Positions 39,601-53,100 of a DNA stretch of 64,000 nt are shown here, in pieces. The DNA is taken from NCBI RefSeq assembly GCF_000002865.3, contig NW_001865048.1, positions 770,098-834,097 of the forward strand. Direction: 5' to 3'. A program made the position numbers and the translations under genes. Below the pieces are notes generated by a model, which saw nothing but the letters and a program-made list of their open reading frames with translations, ran no database searches and was not told the origin of the DNA. Source of the DNA: Monosiga brevicollis MX1 (lineage: Eukaryota). Each line of letters starts with the position of its first letter. Position 1 is the first letter of the stretch.

Positions 39601-40900
39601 AACCTCGTGTCTTGTTGTGACTCGCCTCCATCGAATCAAGACCCGCACCTTTGTAGACAATGACAATGACGTAATCTTTGTCACTGTCGGCGTGGCGCCG
39701 TCGGAAAAGAGCCGTGCCTTCAGCCAAGCCGGCCTGCCCTAAACGCGCTGTGGAGTTCGCGAGCCATTAAAAGGGAGTCAAAACAGGTTTGCCCCTTTTT
39801 TTAAACCTTCTTCGAGTTCTTGTTTTGTAGTTGTATGAACAACCGAGCAAAATGCCAGAAGCACGCTATACCCTACCTTCGGCCTCAGTCTTGGTGAGAT
39901 TGATAAAGGGCTTGATCGGACCACTGGTACCCACGGGGGTGTTGGTGGTCGCGCCAGACACGGGGTTCGATGTGCCTGCAGGTGTTGGTGATGGGACAGC
40001 TATGGGGGTATGCAGTTGCACGGGCCAACCGGTTTGCGGCTTTGCCAGATGTGCAATGACCTAAGGGCCCTCCATCACATACCAGCGGTCCAAATATCGG
40101 GCGTGAGCCCTCACAAATGGATACAAGAAAGAGACGGACCCCGGATTGAACGCGTCAGAATCAATGTCTGAGGGGAGTACCACAGCGAGCGATGAGCCGT
40201 CGCCGTAGAGCTTGCCATTGACGTGCCAGCGACCTTGATCATCCGCTTGGCACAGATGATGAGTGGGCTTGCCTGCCAAGCACAGCTGGAATGAGGCACC
40301 TATTGCCAAGCCAAGCCAAGCAAGGGCGCACCGAACAAACCTCTAAAGTTGACACTGAGGACAAGCTTCGATGGGTCCGCGAGTGCGCGTACCAAGAATG
40401 CGCCATCGGGCTGGTCAGCCAGTCGTGCTAAGACGCCAGAAGTTGTTAGGGTTAGTTCACGGGCCGATTCAAGCACAGATGGGGCGGGGCGCGAGCGAGC
40501 AGAGAGGCTTGTGCACGGGCCTGACCTTCGACGTCGGAGCGATCCAGGTGGCCATGGAAATAGTCTAAATCAGCTGCCATCTTGTGCAGCACCCTCCCAT
40601 TCGGGCAGGCGAAAAGCTTTTACCCCCAAACACCAGCCAATGTTCTGCAAGCGCGCTCTCTCTGCTGCATCGAGCTTTTCAGTCTGTCTGGCGATCCACC
40701 CACCGCCACCAGCAGCAGCAAAGGAGGTAGGCACGAAACTGCATGCATGCAATGAAAAGTGCCTCAAGTCGATAACAGATGTTGTCAACATCAACGCCAG
40801 CGATGTAACCACGACAGCAGTGAGCAGGTTATTGCGCTTGCCCATGCGACAAAGTGCCGACGGCAGCGCACCCCGTCGTGCCTGCATCCTCGGCCGTGGA
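36640..40900 (-). CDS. Adaptor with five SH2 domains; multi-exon, 5' end uncertain
   Basis: SH2 cores YFHGHLDR..GAFLVR, GTALFRRR, FYHGNLDK..GTFLIR, VHGVLSK..GVYLLR, FFASLNQ..GKFLVR. Recurrent GKPTHHL and WPVPL motifs. No catalytic domain seen. Confidence 0.85.
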
Positions 40901-41443
40901 GCGGCAGCAGTCGTACGCAAGCGCCCAGAGTTGTGGGCGCGAGAAAAGGTCGGAACTAAGCTACAGACCGACACGCCCAGGCGCTCTCACACACCATTGT
41001 GTCGCTGAGGAGTCGCACGTGAAACTCATTTTTCTTCTCTCTGCGCACCGTGTGTGTCCCACGGCTCCACTTGAGCCTGGACCTCTTGCTGCTGCTGCTG
41101 CTGCTGCTGCTGTGCTCGCCTGGGCGCCCTTGTGTTTGGTGCTGTTTGCTGCCATACGGGGTTAGTGAGGCCACAGACACATTGGCAACCCTCAACTGGA
41201 TTCTGCAAGGTTGGTGTTGAAAGCTTGCCACTGCTGGAGTTCTGACACCTCCGCGCCCAAGGGTTGGTGCATCATGACGACCAAGGGCTCCCATTTGCTC
41301 TTACACCAGCACTTGGCTTGGCACCTAGCTTTGTGCTCCCTTTGGCTGCCGTGGGCACGATCCTTGAGCCTGTCGCTCTTTTTGACTCAATCATTCCCCG
41401 CTCGCGGTGGTGCTCAGGTCATTTGTCGCTGGGACCACCAGTC

Positions 41444-43592
41444 ATGTTGTCTCAACGAAGCTTCTTGTGTTTGGTGCTGGCCACCGCGCTCTGCGCGGCA
41501 TCGAGCGACAAAGACAGTGATGCAGAAGTCAATTCGCCCATCTTTTTGGTCAACGGCCGCATCACCAACCAAGTGGCTCGCGTGCTTGTCGATTGCCGCC
41601 ACACCGATCCCGAGCTTCGTAAGAGCTGCTCGGCACTCGAGTACACCCTTGATGCTCCTGATCACCACACGGAGGTGGTACACTTGACTGACATGCCCAT
41701 GATCCTCAAGATCAATCGTCTCAACACTTGCCACCAGTACACCTTGACCGTGCAAGTCAAGGACCAGCCTGAGACAGCCATCACGAGCCACTTTGCTACC
41801 CCGTGCCCAGACACGGACCACCGCCGCATGATCGTGGTCTCGTGTGATCGTTTTGCCGATGACCCTAACGACGATGCTTTTCTTGAGGCCTTTGCGGATC
41901 GGGCCGGCCCCTTTGATGTCATGTTTCACATGGGAGACCAAATCTATGCGGACAAATTGCTCAAACTGGAAGCCCAGACGATTGATGAGGTACGGGTGCC
42001 CTGAGTGACCCTGAGTGTTGAGATTTTTCTCGAGTTAAAGTAGCGACCTAGTATCCTCACCGCAATTCCGCGCTTGCATTGCGCGCACACAGGCAATTCC
42101 CCTGTATCGCGACCTCTATCGAGAGGCCTGGTCGCGGCCTGTGATGCGCCGCTTCCTTTCCACTGGTTCCCATATCATGGTTCCCGATGATCATGACGTG
42201 ATGAACGCGTTAAGGTAAGACGGTGTGGCATCGCCTGTGCCGTCTGTCCAGTCTGTGTCTGGCTCTCAAATCTTTTACCGACCAACGTCCTAGCCCTGAA
42301 AACGTCCTCGCGAGCCGCGACGACCCGTATTGGGTGGCCGGCCAGCGTACCACTTATGAGTTCCAGCGCGCCCTATGGGTTGGTGAGTTTCCTTGACACG
42401 ACAATAGTCTCCTTCCACAGCCCGCGCCTTGCCTTGCCTTGACGGCTCTACCTCATCTGGTTGGGATGCTTCAGATGTTTTGGAGCTCAGCAAGCTGTCG
42501 GCTGATAACATTGGCAAGGAAGATGCACACCCCGGCGTCCATGCGTTCATGCGAGTTGGCAGTACGGCTGTGGCCGCTCTTGATACCCGGTGTGTTTTCT
42601 TGACGCCTCACTGTCAGGCACAAAGCTGCTTCTTGCTCTCCACTCTTTGTCTGTGTATGTGTGTGTGCATGTCGCAGCTGAGTTTGCGCTGATCTCATCA
42701 GGCCCGTCTTGTGTCCTTTGTCGTTTTGAAATCGCGGCCTGGGTCAGGTTTTACCGCAGTTATGCCTCGCCAAAGGCGCCCTATGAGCTGCTGGGCGAGA
42801 AGCAGACGAAATCCTTCCTGACACACTTGCATCGTTGGGTCGAAGATACAAATGTCAACTCCATCGTTATCCTGACGGGCCTGCCCCTCATGTGGCCATC
42901 TGAAATGCTCTCTCATGTAGCCTTTGCCATTGAAGGTTCGTTTTTCCCTTGACATGTTCCCCACCGCTCCTTGGTTGAGCCGTCGCAAATTCCTTTTTGA
43001 CCTCACTTGATGACACCGTATAGGTGATAAGTATCCCATGCATCCCACCCATCGTGAGAATCTGATTACGATTCTTGACGCCCTCCACGAGGCGCAGCGG
43101 GTCAAGGACGTCATTCTCATCGGGGGCGACGTCCACGTCTATTCGGAAATGCAACTGTGCCGCTCTGATGATGGCGTGCAAACAGGCTGTCTCACCTCGC
43201 TCACGTCCTCAGGCCTTACGCGCAGCGCCTCAATCATCAGCTCAGCCAAGCTCATGCTCTTTGACTCAGTCCTGTACTGGCTGCAACCGGCATTCCATTA
43301 CTTTTCCAGTGACGGCGTGCATCACCGCTGGGTCGGTCGCTTTCAACAGTTTTCAGTTACGGACAACGCCGTCATTCTCGACCTGAATGCCTCTGGCACA
43401 GGCCGTGAGCACCATGTTGTGCGCCCCTTTCTGCGCCCCCTCGCCTTTGGAGACCAGGTTCGCAAGCTTGTGTTCTTTGACATCAGTTTTCCTCTGTTGG
43501 CACTGCTTCTTCTGGCACTTGCCGCCAAGCTCGTTGGTATGCTCGCGGCCTGCCGATGCTGGGGGGCTTCTCGAAAGGTCAAGTCGGAATAG
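41444..43592 (+). CDS. phoD: PhoD-like alkaline phosphatase/phosphodiesterase with signal peptide and C-terminal membrane anchor; multi-exon
   Basis: MFHMGDQIYAD, PDDHDV, LDTR, LIGGDVH motifs; N-terminal signal; C-terminal hydrophobic helix then RKVKSE*. Confidence 0.88.
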
Positions 43593-44115
43593 ACAAGTGT
43601 ACACTGAGAGGTGTTGGCCTTTCCAAACAAGCAAACAAACACGAAAACACAAAAAACAAAAACAAAATGACACCTGAAAGAAAATTGAGACCACTTAAGC
43701 AATGCACGAAATTGTTTCATTTCAAGAATACATCAAATATATGCGCGAGGAAAGAATGGAAGACATGGCGTGATATCGGCTGAAATGAATTTCTGGTCAC
43801 GGTGCATCTGTGATGCAGGACACAACCCTTTTGCGAGCTGCAGATACTGTACAAGTTCCAAAATAAGAACACGCTTTGGTTCAGTTTGACAAGCTGGGCC
43901 GACTGTTATAAGCATCGAGAGACGCAGCGTGCTTTGAATATCGGTATAATATGAACGAGGCCACGATTTACCGTGCCACTAGCATGAGGTCGAGGCACAT
44001 CGTTTCGAGGTGGATGAATGATGATGGATGGGAGTTGAGACCACTCTCGCGAGAAATACCAAATCGTGGCATCATGGCAAACGGGGAAACAAAAGGGGTC
44101 ATGATGATGTGGTGC

Positions 44116-47100
44116 TTATGCCTCATTGCCCGACGCCTCCAATAGCTTTGCATGAATTCCGAGCGAGTGAGGGCGGGAGTTTTATGAGAACAGAGCATGA
44201 CAAGATAAGCCCAACAATTATCCCAGGCTTTTCTGTTTGTTCCGGCAAGAACGAGGCCTTACCAGCAGCTCAAGCTCCTTCAGCACTCGAATCCGCAAAT
44301 CCACATCGCGCACATTCATGGACAACAGGTCATCGTCATCAAGATCCAATAAATCAACACCTGCGTTGCGCCATCGAACGTGAGATGCATTGATTGCTTT
44401 AATGGGCATTGACGCTAGATTCAAAAAGCTGCAAAATAGAAGCAGGCTGTCCCACAGCAAAACTTACCATTGATGCCATGAACGAAAGCACGCTCAGCCA
44501 TGGCATCGAGCTCCACAGTCTCAAACCAAGAGGCCACCATTGCTGGATCCCACAACGCGATTGATTCAGCCGTTAGGCGTGAATCAAAAGGCATGAAGGG
44601 TAAACCCACGTGTACAGCGTCATGCTGCGGCGCATAAACAGTTGCGCCTTCCAACGAGCTTGTCTTTTGCATGGGCGGTGGCGGGCGCGGTGGAGCCACC
44701 TTTGGACTCCCTGGCTTGGCCTTGGCTGCCTTGCCAGCACGCTGATGCTCACTCTCCAACGTTAGCGCGCGTGCTTCGCACGTCAAAGCCTCAAGTGCCT
44801 GTGCCGTGGTCATGCCCAAAGACACCGACTGCGTCTTCTTGCCCTTGGCCCCTTGTGCACCCGTGGCAGGGCGACTAGGCACCCTCTTGGACTCTGAGTC
44901 GATCTCACGCTCATCCTCCTCGGGCACAACATCAATGTATTCACCATGTCTGGCCAACACTTCGAGCTCCGCTTGCAATTCATCTCGTGTGGCATGCAAA
45001 TGCAGAATTTGCTCCTCCACCTGATAAACAGTCAAAGGGATATGCCAAGGTGTAAGCACTGAGTCCAGCTCGTTCGTCTGCCTCTTCCAACCTGCACCTT
45101 CCCGCAAACCAGCAGCATCTGCCTTTTCTTTTCAAATCAAGTCTGCTGTACGTGTTTCCAAGCAACGCTAGCAAACCAAAATATCCCCGTCCTCGACACG
45201 ACACTTACGCGACTCAGGGCGCTGCGAATGCGGTCCAGATGGGTAGCTGCCGAAGTTTGCGACATGGTCGTACCTATGGTTGTCGTTTCCCCCCCATATC
45301 GCAGCGTGAGCAACAAGACAAGCATGGCAGGGAGTGCAGTCAGTCGCCAACTAGGTTTGCTTTGCACTCTCCCTTCTCTCAATCTTGATGTCCAAACACA
45401 GATTGAGTTAACATGATGCTTCCTCATCTTCCCCTTTCCCACAAGGAATACACTGCAAACGTACCGGACATTGGCAGATCACTCAAGTCTAGGTTGTATA
45501 GCGTCTCCTCCGTATCGATGTTGCGCCCAATAGATCGGCGCAGAGAAGACTGGCGCGACAAGTTGGCGGGATCTACAATGGTCACATCACTGCTGGAGCT
45601 GGCATTGGACATGGCCGCAAACCCGGCACGTCGGGTTTGCGGCGATTGCGGCAGAGGCATGGCCATGCCAATTGAGGGTTTGCGACTGAGTGGACTGCCC
45701 AGCGCTGACTGCTGGGCCACCCGGGCCTCATGAGCCTCTCGGGTAATGAAGCGGTTCTGCATCGACTCCATTTCTCCCAACATGGCAGCTCCAAGCCAAG
45801 GCAAAAACACGCGGTCGTGCTGTGGATCAATCTTCAAAGGCGGTCGGCCGGGCATAAGCTGCATCAACTCGTACTCGAGGCGCTCGGCAAAGTTGGGCAT
45901 CAGCGTTGTGCCTCCACTCAGCACAATGTTGGACCAAAGCAGATCCTGAACAGAGGCTGGACACGCGTTGAGACACTCGGCCACCAGCATGGGAATGGTC
46001 TCACGCTGCTCGCTTGGGCCACGTGCCGGGTTGATCTCTGCAAGGTGCGGAAAGCCAACGTCCGAATTGAAGAGGGGTTCGACGCAGCTAAACCGCTCTG
46101 GCCCAAGGACAACCTCGCCGTCTCCATCTGGCATGACATAGACCTCTTGGAGGGCGGTGCTTGTGTTGCATGACTGCATGTCCTCCCGATAGTCCATGGA
46201 CACAAAACTGAGGTTGTCCTTGATGTCACGCAACAAGACCTGAGTTTTGGGCCCACCGTACCGCTCACGGGTGACGCGCGTAAATGCTGGTGCCTGCGCT
46301 TGCAGAAAGAAACCCAACAGCTGCGTCACCGTGTCGCCGGCCAGCTCTGAGGCACGGGCACAGCTCAACAGCGGCTCGGGTACCTCGCTGCTGAGATCAC
46401 CTCGAACCACAGGTACAACCTGGGTGTAGGTATCGCCCACGTGTACAACAAGCGCACAGCGCCGGCCTGAGCCCAGACAGGAGAGGTAGGCCTGGTCAGC
46501 AAACAACACACTCTGCACATTCACCTTTTGCATGGTGAAGAGTTTTTCGGCGATCATATTGCGCTGGCGCATCAATCGATGCGTCGTGCCCACAAGTCGA
46601 TCAACCACGGCCACGCGGCACAGAGTGTCCTCGTGTAGAAGCTCCAAAAGAGTGCGCTCCAGCAAAAGGGCTACCCCATCCCAATCGGCCAAGCTTCCCG
46701 TTGCATCGCGCTGGCGCAAAGGGTAGGAAATGCGAAGCACACTAGACAACTCGGGGGGATAGACGGCCTCCAACACATCATAGCCCAAAGGCAAACGAAT
46801 GTAGTCAAAGCCTTCCTCCCACCCACTCGTGTTGCCGTCGACGTTCAAGGGCGGTAGCTCGGGGCTGCTATAGCTGCCCGACACAGAGATGGTGCGACCC
46901 ACAGGACTGTGCGCATTAACCAGCATAGGGCTACCTTGAGAGACAGTACCGGAGCCGGGCACAGTGAGATTTGGCGCCTCTGACTGCAGAGCAGTGTGAA
47001 TGCCAGCTTTGTCGTCCTGTTCGGTGGCCACCACTCCAGCAGCGGGCGAAGCACCGGCGCTGTGCTTGGACCGGGACGGCTCATGCCGGGCCTGAGGGTG

Positions 47101-50100
47101 CGGCAATGATGTCGTGGCCCCGCCGTCGTGCCCAAGAGCATTGTCATGGGGTTTCCCCTTGCTTTTGCCTGGGCGCCGTGGGTTGGCCTGTCGCACGCCC
47201 ACGTTGGTCGATTCCTCATCGGAGCTGGAAGAGTCGTGCTCCCAGTCAGCATCACCCGTGGCCACGCCCACAGAGAGAGGGTGAAGCGGCGGTGACACGG
47301 GCCGTGCGGCCTGCGCACTGCGGGCTAAAACGTCGCGCGAATGGGGGCTTAGGCCTTTTGGCAACCCGGCCGGCAGCACGAGGGCCACGTCCTGGCCCGA
47401 GGGCTGGGCCGGTGTCATGACGCGCGAGTCGCTTGGCGGCAAGAAATCACCCAGCAAACTTGACGTGACAATGTCTGGAAACTCGTCGCCTAAACCAAAG
47501 TCGCAAGCCATGAATAAGAAACTCAAGTCTCGCCCACCACTCCATTTCCCACATCCTACACCACCTTCACTATCTCGACTGATGCCAGAAACTCAAGTAT
47601 GAACACAGCAGCGAAGATCAAAGCAACACACCGGCAAGGCCAAGCCGCAAGTTGATGGCGCCGGCATCAATGACAATTGTGAGTACCGTTCCAGGCTCAG
47701 CTGTGACCCGTGCTGTCATTGGCGTAGCCGGGGGTAAGGCGGCCATTTCGTTCACATCCTCTTGAAATCCGTACTTGCTCTGACTGCGCTGGCGCTCAGC
47801 GCGAGGGTCAAAGTCTTCGTCATCAGCGGAAAAATGAGAGCGAAGCGAGCCAGGGCTGGCCAAGCGCAATGGGTCATCATCCCCAAACCCAAAGGCAGCC
47901 TCTGAAGCTGGAAGCCACTGAGAATCCTGACTTGAGACACGGCTAGGCTGGAGCACGTGTGGGGGCAAGGAGGTGCCCATGCCCTTGCTTGGGCCACCAA
48001 GTTCTGCCCCGTCAGAAGGCATGGCGCCCTCCAACGCCGTTACCACAGCCGGAAGCGGTGCTTCAGGCGAGAGCGGGCTACCTTCTCCAACAATTTCACC
48101 AATGGCTTCAGGAATATTCAAGTCATAGGGGGAAAAGTTGAGCTCGGGAATGGACGGACGCGAGCTCTTTTCAGACAAGGCCTGGGGTGTAGCCAGACGG
48201 CTTTCATCCGACGACTCGTCCTCACGAATGGTCTGGGGCGAGAGCATGTCCAACCCAGCCTGCGGCTCCGGGGTCACCTCTGGTAGCTCATGGTGAACGT
48301 CAAAAATAGGCGTGCGTACTGAGTCGTCCAGCGAAGGCTCGGGATGCTGGCTGTCGTCCGTCTGTGACTCAAGCCAGTTTCCAATGCCCACGGCGGCCCC
48401 TGCGCCGCCTTCTTTAATTTGCAGCGGTGGTGGCAATACCCTGTGGATGGACCAGTGCAAGCAAGCACGGTCGTGGAACATTAAAAACTTGGAGGTGTGC
48501 GGCACAGGCTGACCAAGACACCCAAACAGAACGCGTCTTTGATGCGACGTACGCTTTTCGCTTTGATGAATAGCGTAGAGAACCATGAAGCGTCACCGGC
48601 CGCCCTGTGCTGCCTGAGGGCGATGGATCGGGAGGGCGGGCTATTTGAAGCTTTTTGATCGCCTAAGCAGCAGTAACCCGATCGATAAGGAGGTGACTCG
48701 AGTACAAGTGCCAGAGCTCTCCACGGTGGCTTTGTCTTGCTTCGCCCATCAGCAAAAAAACATTTGTACGCACCGAATGCAGGTCAAGACTGTTGGCTAG
48801 CTGGGCGGGAGGCTGATTGCGCACAGTTTGCCCATCACAGGAGAAAATAACATCGCCCGGTCTCAAGCCTATAAAAATGGGTGGGAGAGGCGGAGCAAGG
48901 CAAAGGTGAGAATGCGAGAGCGTCGGAACCATTCTGCAAGACTTCTGTGGCATCCACGAGTGGGTGCACAGGCTGTTGATGACACGGGACCTCAAAGACG
49001 AAACAAGCGTACCAGAGCGCTCAGCATCGGATGTACCGGCAACTGCCACGACATAAAGACCACCATCCAGTGTTGCATCCTCATCCTAAGCACGCCAGGC
49101 CCGCGTTGACCGGGGACCAGCGTTAGCTTTCAATGACGCACACATTTATCTCTGTTTTACCAAGGTGGGAACACGTACAAGGATGTGATCTGGTAGTGGG
49201 CCGAGACGCAGACCAAAGGAGTAGGTCAAGCCGGGTACCACGTTATATTTGACAGTGATGGTCAAACGCGAATACCGATTGGCGGCATTGACCGAGGCGA
49301 AGCGGCTTCGACGCAAAATGGGCGAGGCGGAAACGGAGATGCTGCGGCTAAAGTCAGAGAGGGTGGACGGAGGGCGCCGACTGGTGGGCGAGGTGGTAGC
49401 AGAGGCGCTGCGAGCTTGATCTGCAGCCCCGGTGGTTGCGTCTCCCATAGACAAGCCCATAGGAGAAGGAGGCTCTGTCCCGTCCATCGCGTCGTCTGTA
49501 GAGGTGGCGAGCTCAAGCTCAGGATCCAGGGCTAAAGAAGGAATACTCTGCCGCTGTCGGGCAGACCGCCGTTCTGCACCACGTACGTGACCACACACAC
49601 AAGCCAGTGTCAATCAAGGCAAAGACCGTTAATATTTGCGCCGGTGCTTGCCATCAAAGGGGTCGCTGGAGCAGGGCCTTACGAAGCGTGCGATTGATTG
49701 CGGCCGTTTCCATGGCCATGCGGTGCGCAGGAGATTCGTGGTGGCCCTTCATTTTTTCAGCTCGAGCCACCAGGAGTGAGTCGTCGCTCTTGTGGCTTAT
49801 CAATGGGCTAGGCGGAACGAGCTTTGTGGCATCCTGTACACAAAAAACCCAATCGGAAAACAATCATTAAAGACCTGGACGATCATTGTACACTTGGTCC
49901 AGGAGTGCAGAATGTCTCAGGCAGCAGCACTGACCGCAGGCTCATCATCCACGTGAGCCGCTTCAAACAGCGGCGGGTCACGGCCCAGTCTTTCTTGTTG
50001 CACGATGCATCTTTGAAAATCTGGCATCAGGTGCCCAGTGGCGAAGAAAGAACGGAAAGAGGCGAGCAATGAGTGCGCGATTTTTTTTTTTTTTTTCCCA

Positions 50101-53100
50101 AAATCCATTGTATCTCACGATGGACCGGTCGCAACTAGAACTGACCATTCCACCATTGTTCTTTCATCTTGCCGTTCATGGCGCGCAGGCGATACATGGA
50201 TTGATTTTTCTGCAAAGGTTGGGGTGGTTAGGGAGCACCGTCACGCGTGGCCTAAGACCAGATGCACACAGCATACCTTGTGGTACAGAGTATTGACGAG
50301 GATAAGGCTTCGCTTGTCGGTGGCGTCGGTGCGAACAATGGTACCCCTGAGTGGGAGCACGGGGTCCATGGCGGCCTTGACAATGCTTTTGCCTGTTCGT
50401 GTCAAAGTAGGGCAGCACAATGTGAAAGAGGGGTGAGAAAAGTGCCTCATGGGACTTATTCGCTCAGATGCCAGGCCTATGAACGTCCGGGACAGTCCAA
50501 AACAGCATAAGTGTGTTGCTTTGCAGACCTGGGCATTTGAGAATCAGCGCTGCCTCCTTTTGCTGGGTGAAGATGGCTACATCGGAGAAAAGGATCACAT
50601 ACACCTCTACGACAAGCACGGCCTTGCTTGTGAGTGCAAGCAGCATGCGCAAGCGTGCAGCATCGCAGTTGATTGTGCTAGGCATGTCCGGCAACACCGA
50701 CCTTTGGTTTGCGATTCGTCGGTAACAACGTCAAGGGTGCCTTCTCGCACCATGGTGCGTTCTTCATTGACAATGAGGTTCAACTTGCTGTAATGCGCCA
50801 AGTGCTTGTGATGCATGCAATGTGAGAAGTCTAGCTTGTCTTGGATCTGATGCAGCCGCTCCAAGTCCTGCTGTTCTTTAATCTTCTTGTCAATCACCTG
50901 CGGGTAGACGAAGTTGTGAGTGCGGTGGGCGGGGCAGAACTACAACCAGCACAGACGCTGTTTCAAGCCCAAGCCACGTACTTCCATCATGTATTTGCTT
51001 TGTTGCAGACACTGCGACAGTAACTGTCGTTCTTCGTGCTGCTGTTTCGTCTGGTAAGTAAGAATGTGCAATGGAAGCAGGAAGAAGTGAGTATCACTGT
51101 TCGGGTGGGGCCATGGGGCATGCTGGATCGTTCGGGCAGCACGGTGTCGTGTGCATACCCGAGTATTCTTCAGGATGCCTTCAATCAACAGCGGATACTT
51201 GGAAAGGCGTTGCATAACCTAAGCACCATTTAGGAACACGGTGCAAGTAGTGAAAGCGCAATCCCGCTCAAAGCGCTCAAGTGCGACAAGTCTCTTGCAA
51301 AGACCACATACCTTGGCAATGAAGTCAGGAAACTTGAGACGCGCACATACGGGCTCAGCATGAGCAGCATTAATGACGCGTTCAAAGTGGGGGTCTTGAC
51401 GCATGCTGCAGCCAGTTGCGAAAAGCAGCATCGGATGGGTGAGACAGACGGCGAGATACGAAGCGACGGTGAAGGTAGCCCGCGGCATGCGTACAGAGCT
51501 TGAAAGGCACGAGTTGATGAAGATTGATTGGCGCAAAAATCGCCGTAGGTATTGCAGTCGGCATCAAAAGTTTCCTAAATTAGCAATTAAAAGAAAACAA
51601 ACAAGCAAAAGCCAAACGCCGCCACGAGCAAGGCAGAGGCGAAGACGTGAGTGTCCAGATCTGGGCAGGAGAGGGTGTTTTGACAAGGGCACACAGTAGT
51701 GAATGGCTTGGTGTAACACCCACCGTCAGGAAAAGCTGTTGAAAATTTTCGCCCATGTTGGGAAAAGAGCGTGCATGGTATTCGTGCTGCAGATCCACCA
51801 GCCGTTGACAAAAAGGCCCGTTTAGAGCGATAATGTCGTCCAAATTGGCAAACAAGCCATCCAGTTGCTCCCTACGCCACAAAAGAGTCAATCGCATCAG
51901 CCATTGAGTGCTCATGTATCCCACGACGGAAAGAATATACACGGGCGTCACCAAGATCACAGGCGATTGTACTGTGATGCTGGGGAGCAGAGCCAATGGT
52001 GCTGGGGAGCAGAGCCAACGCACTGAGACAAGACGCCAGAGTGGCTCAAGCGTAGTTGAAAATTGACGCGAAGAATGATGAGGTTGCGAATAAACGCCTT
52101 CTCCGTCTGCAAGGTTTTACACATCGAACCGAAATAACAGGATTCGAATTGCAAATGGTCGTGAAAATCACAGGCAGTCAAGTCGATCGGCAGTGTGAGC
52201 AAAAAACAAAAAAAAAACAGATAGGATGAAATCAAAATGTTCAGATCATGCTTTACAAACTGTGGCTCACCTGGATGAATTCGTAGATCATATCCTGACG
52301 GCGCACGGCGCGACTGTCCATGCCCTTTAGCTCCTAGAACATGCGAATAGAGGTCGGTGTAAAAACATTAATCATGCTCGAGCATGCCTGCGTGCAAGAT
52401 GATGGTAGAGCATTGGCTGGCAGATTGAACGCTGACCTCGGAGGGCACTGTGTCACCCCAGGTGGCGGGCTCAAGAGTGGGGTCTATACAAAGCACAGCG
52501 ACAAGTTAACGTTTGGTGAGACATCAAGGGCGTGTCCACGCCTCCCGTTCAAATGCCTTGCACGGCTTGAGAGGGCAAGCTAACCTGGTGGCAGTTGGGA
52601 CAAATCGGTCCAGGCATCAGGGTCTGTGTCCCAGCGCACGTCTAAGGAGAAAGCAGGGGTAGTGAGAGTGAGCGTGCGCGTGTTGACAAACAACAGATGG
52701 TGTTGGGTGAGCCGGACAGGCAACCGCAGTGTTTGCATACGGAAAACAGAGGGGCGGGGAGGAACGAACCATGGTAGGCACGGGCGGCACGTTTAGCCGT
52801 CTGCTTTCTCGCGGCAAAAAAAAACAAAAGAAAAAAAAACAAAAGAAAAAAAAAAGAAGAAAAAAAAAAAAAAGCAAGTTGAGTGAACCAATAGCAAAGG
52901 GCTGGCAGCAGATGCGTTGCGGCGAGCACCGCGGGCAGCAATGCAAACCTTTGCATCGGGAACGGACGCGGAACTGGCTTCTGAGCTCTGGCTACCACGA
53001 GCCTGATCGTGACGATCGAGAAGGCTCATGTTATCATAAACGACGCCAGTGTTGAGAGATTCCCGTCGGCGTCGGCGGTTGGACTAAAACACAATGATGC

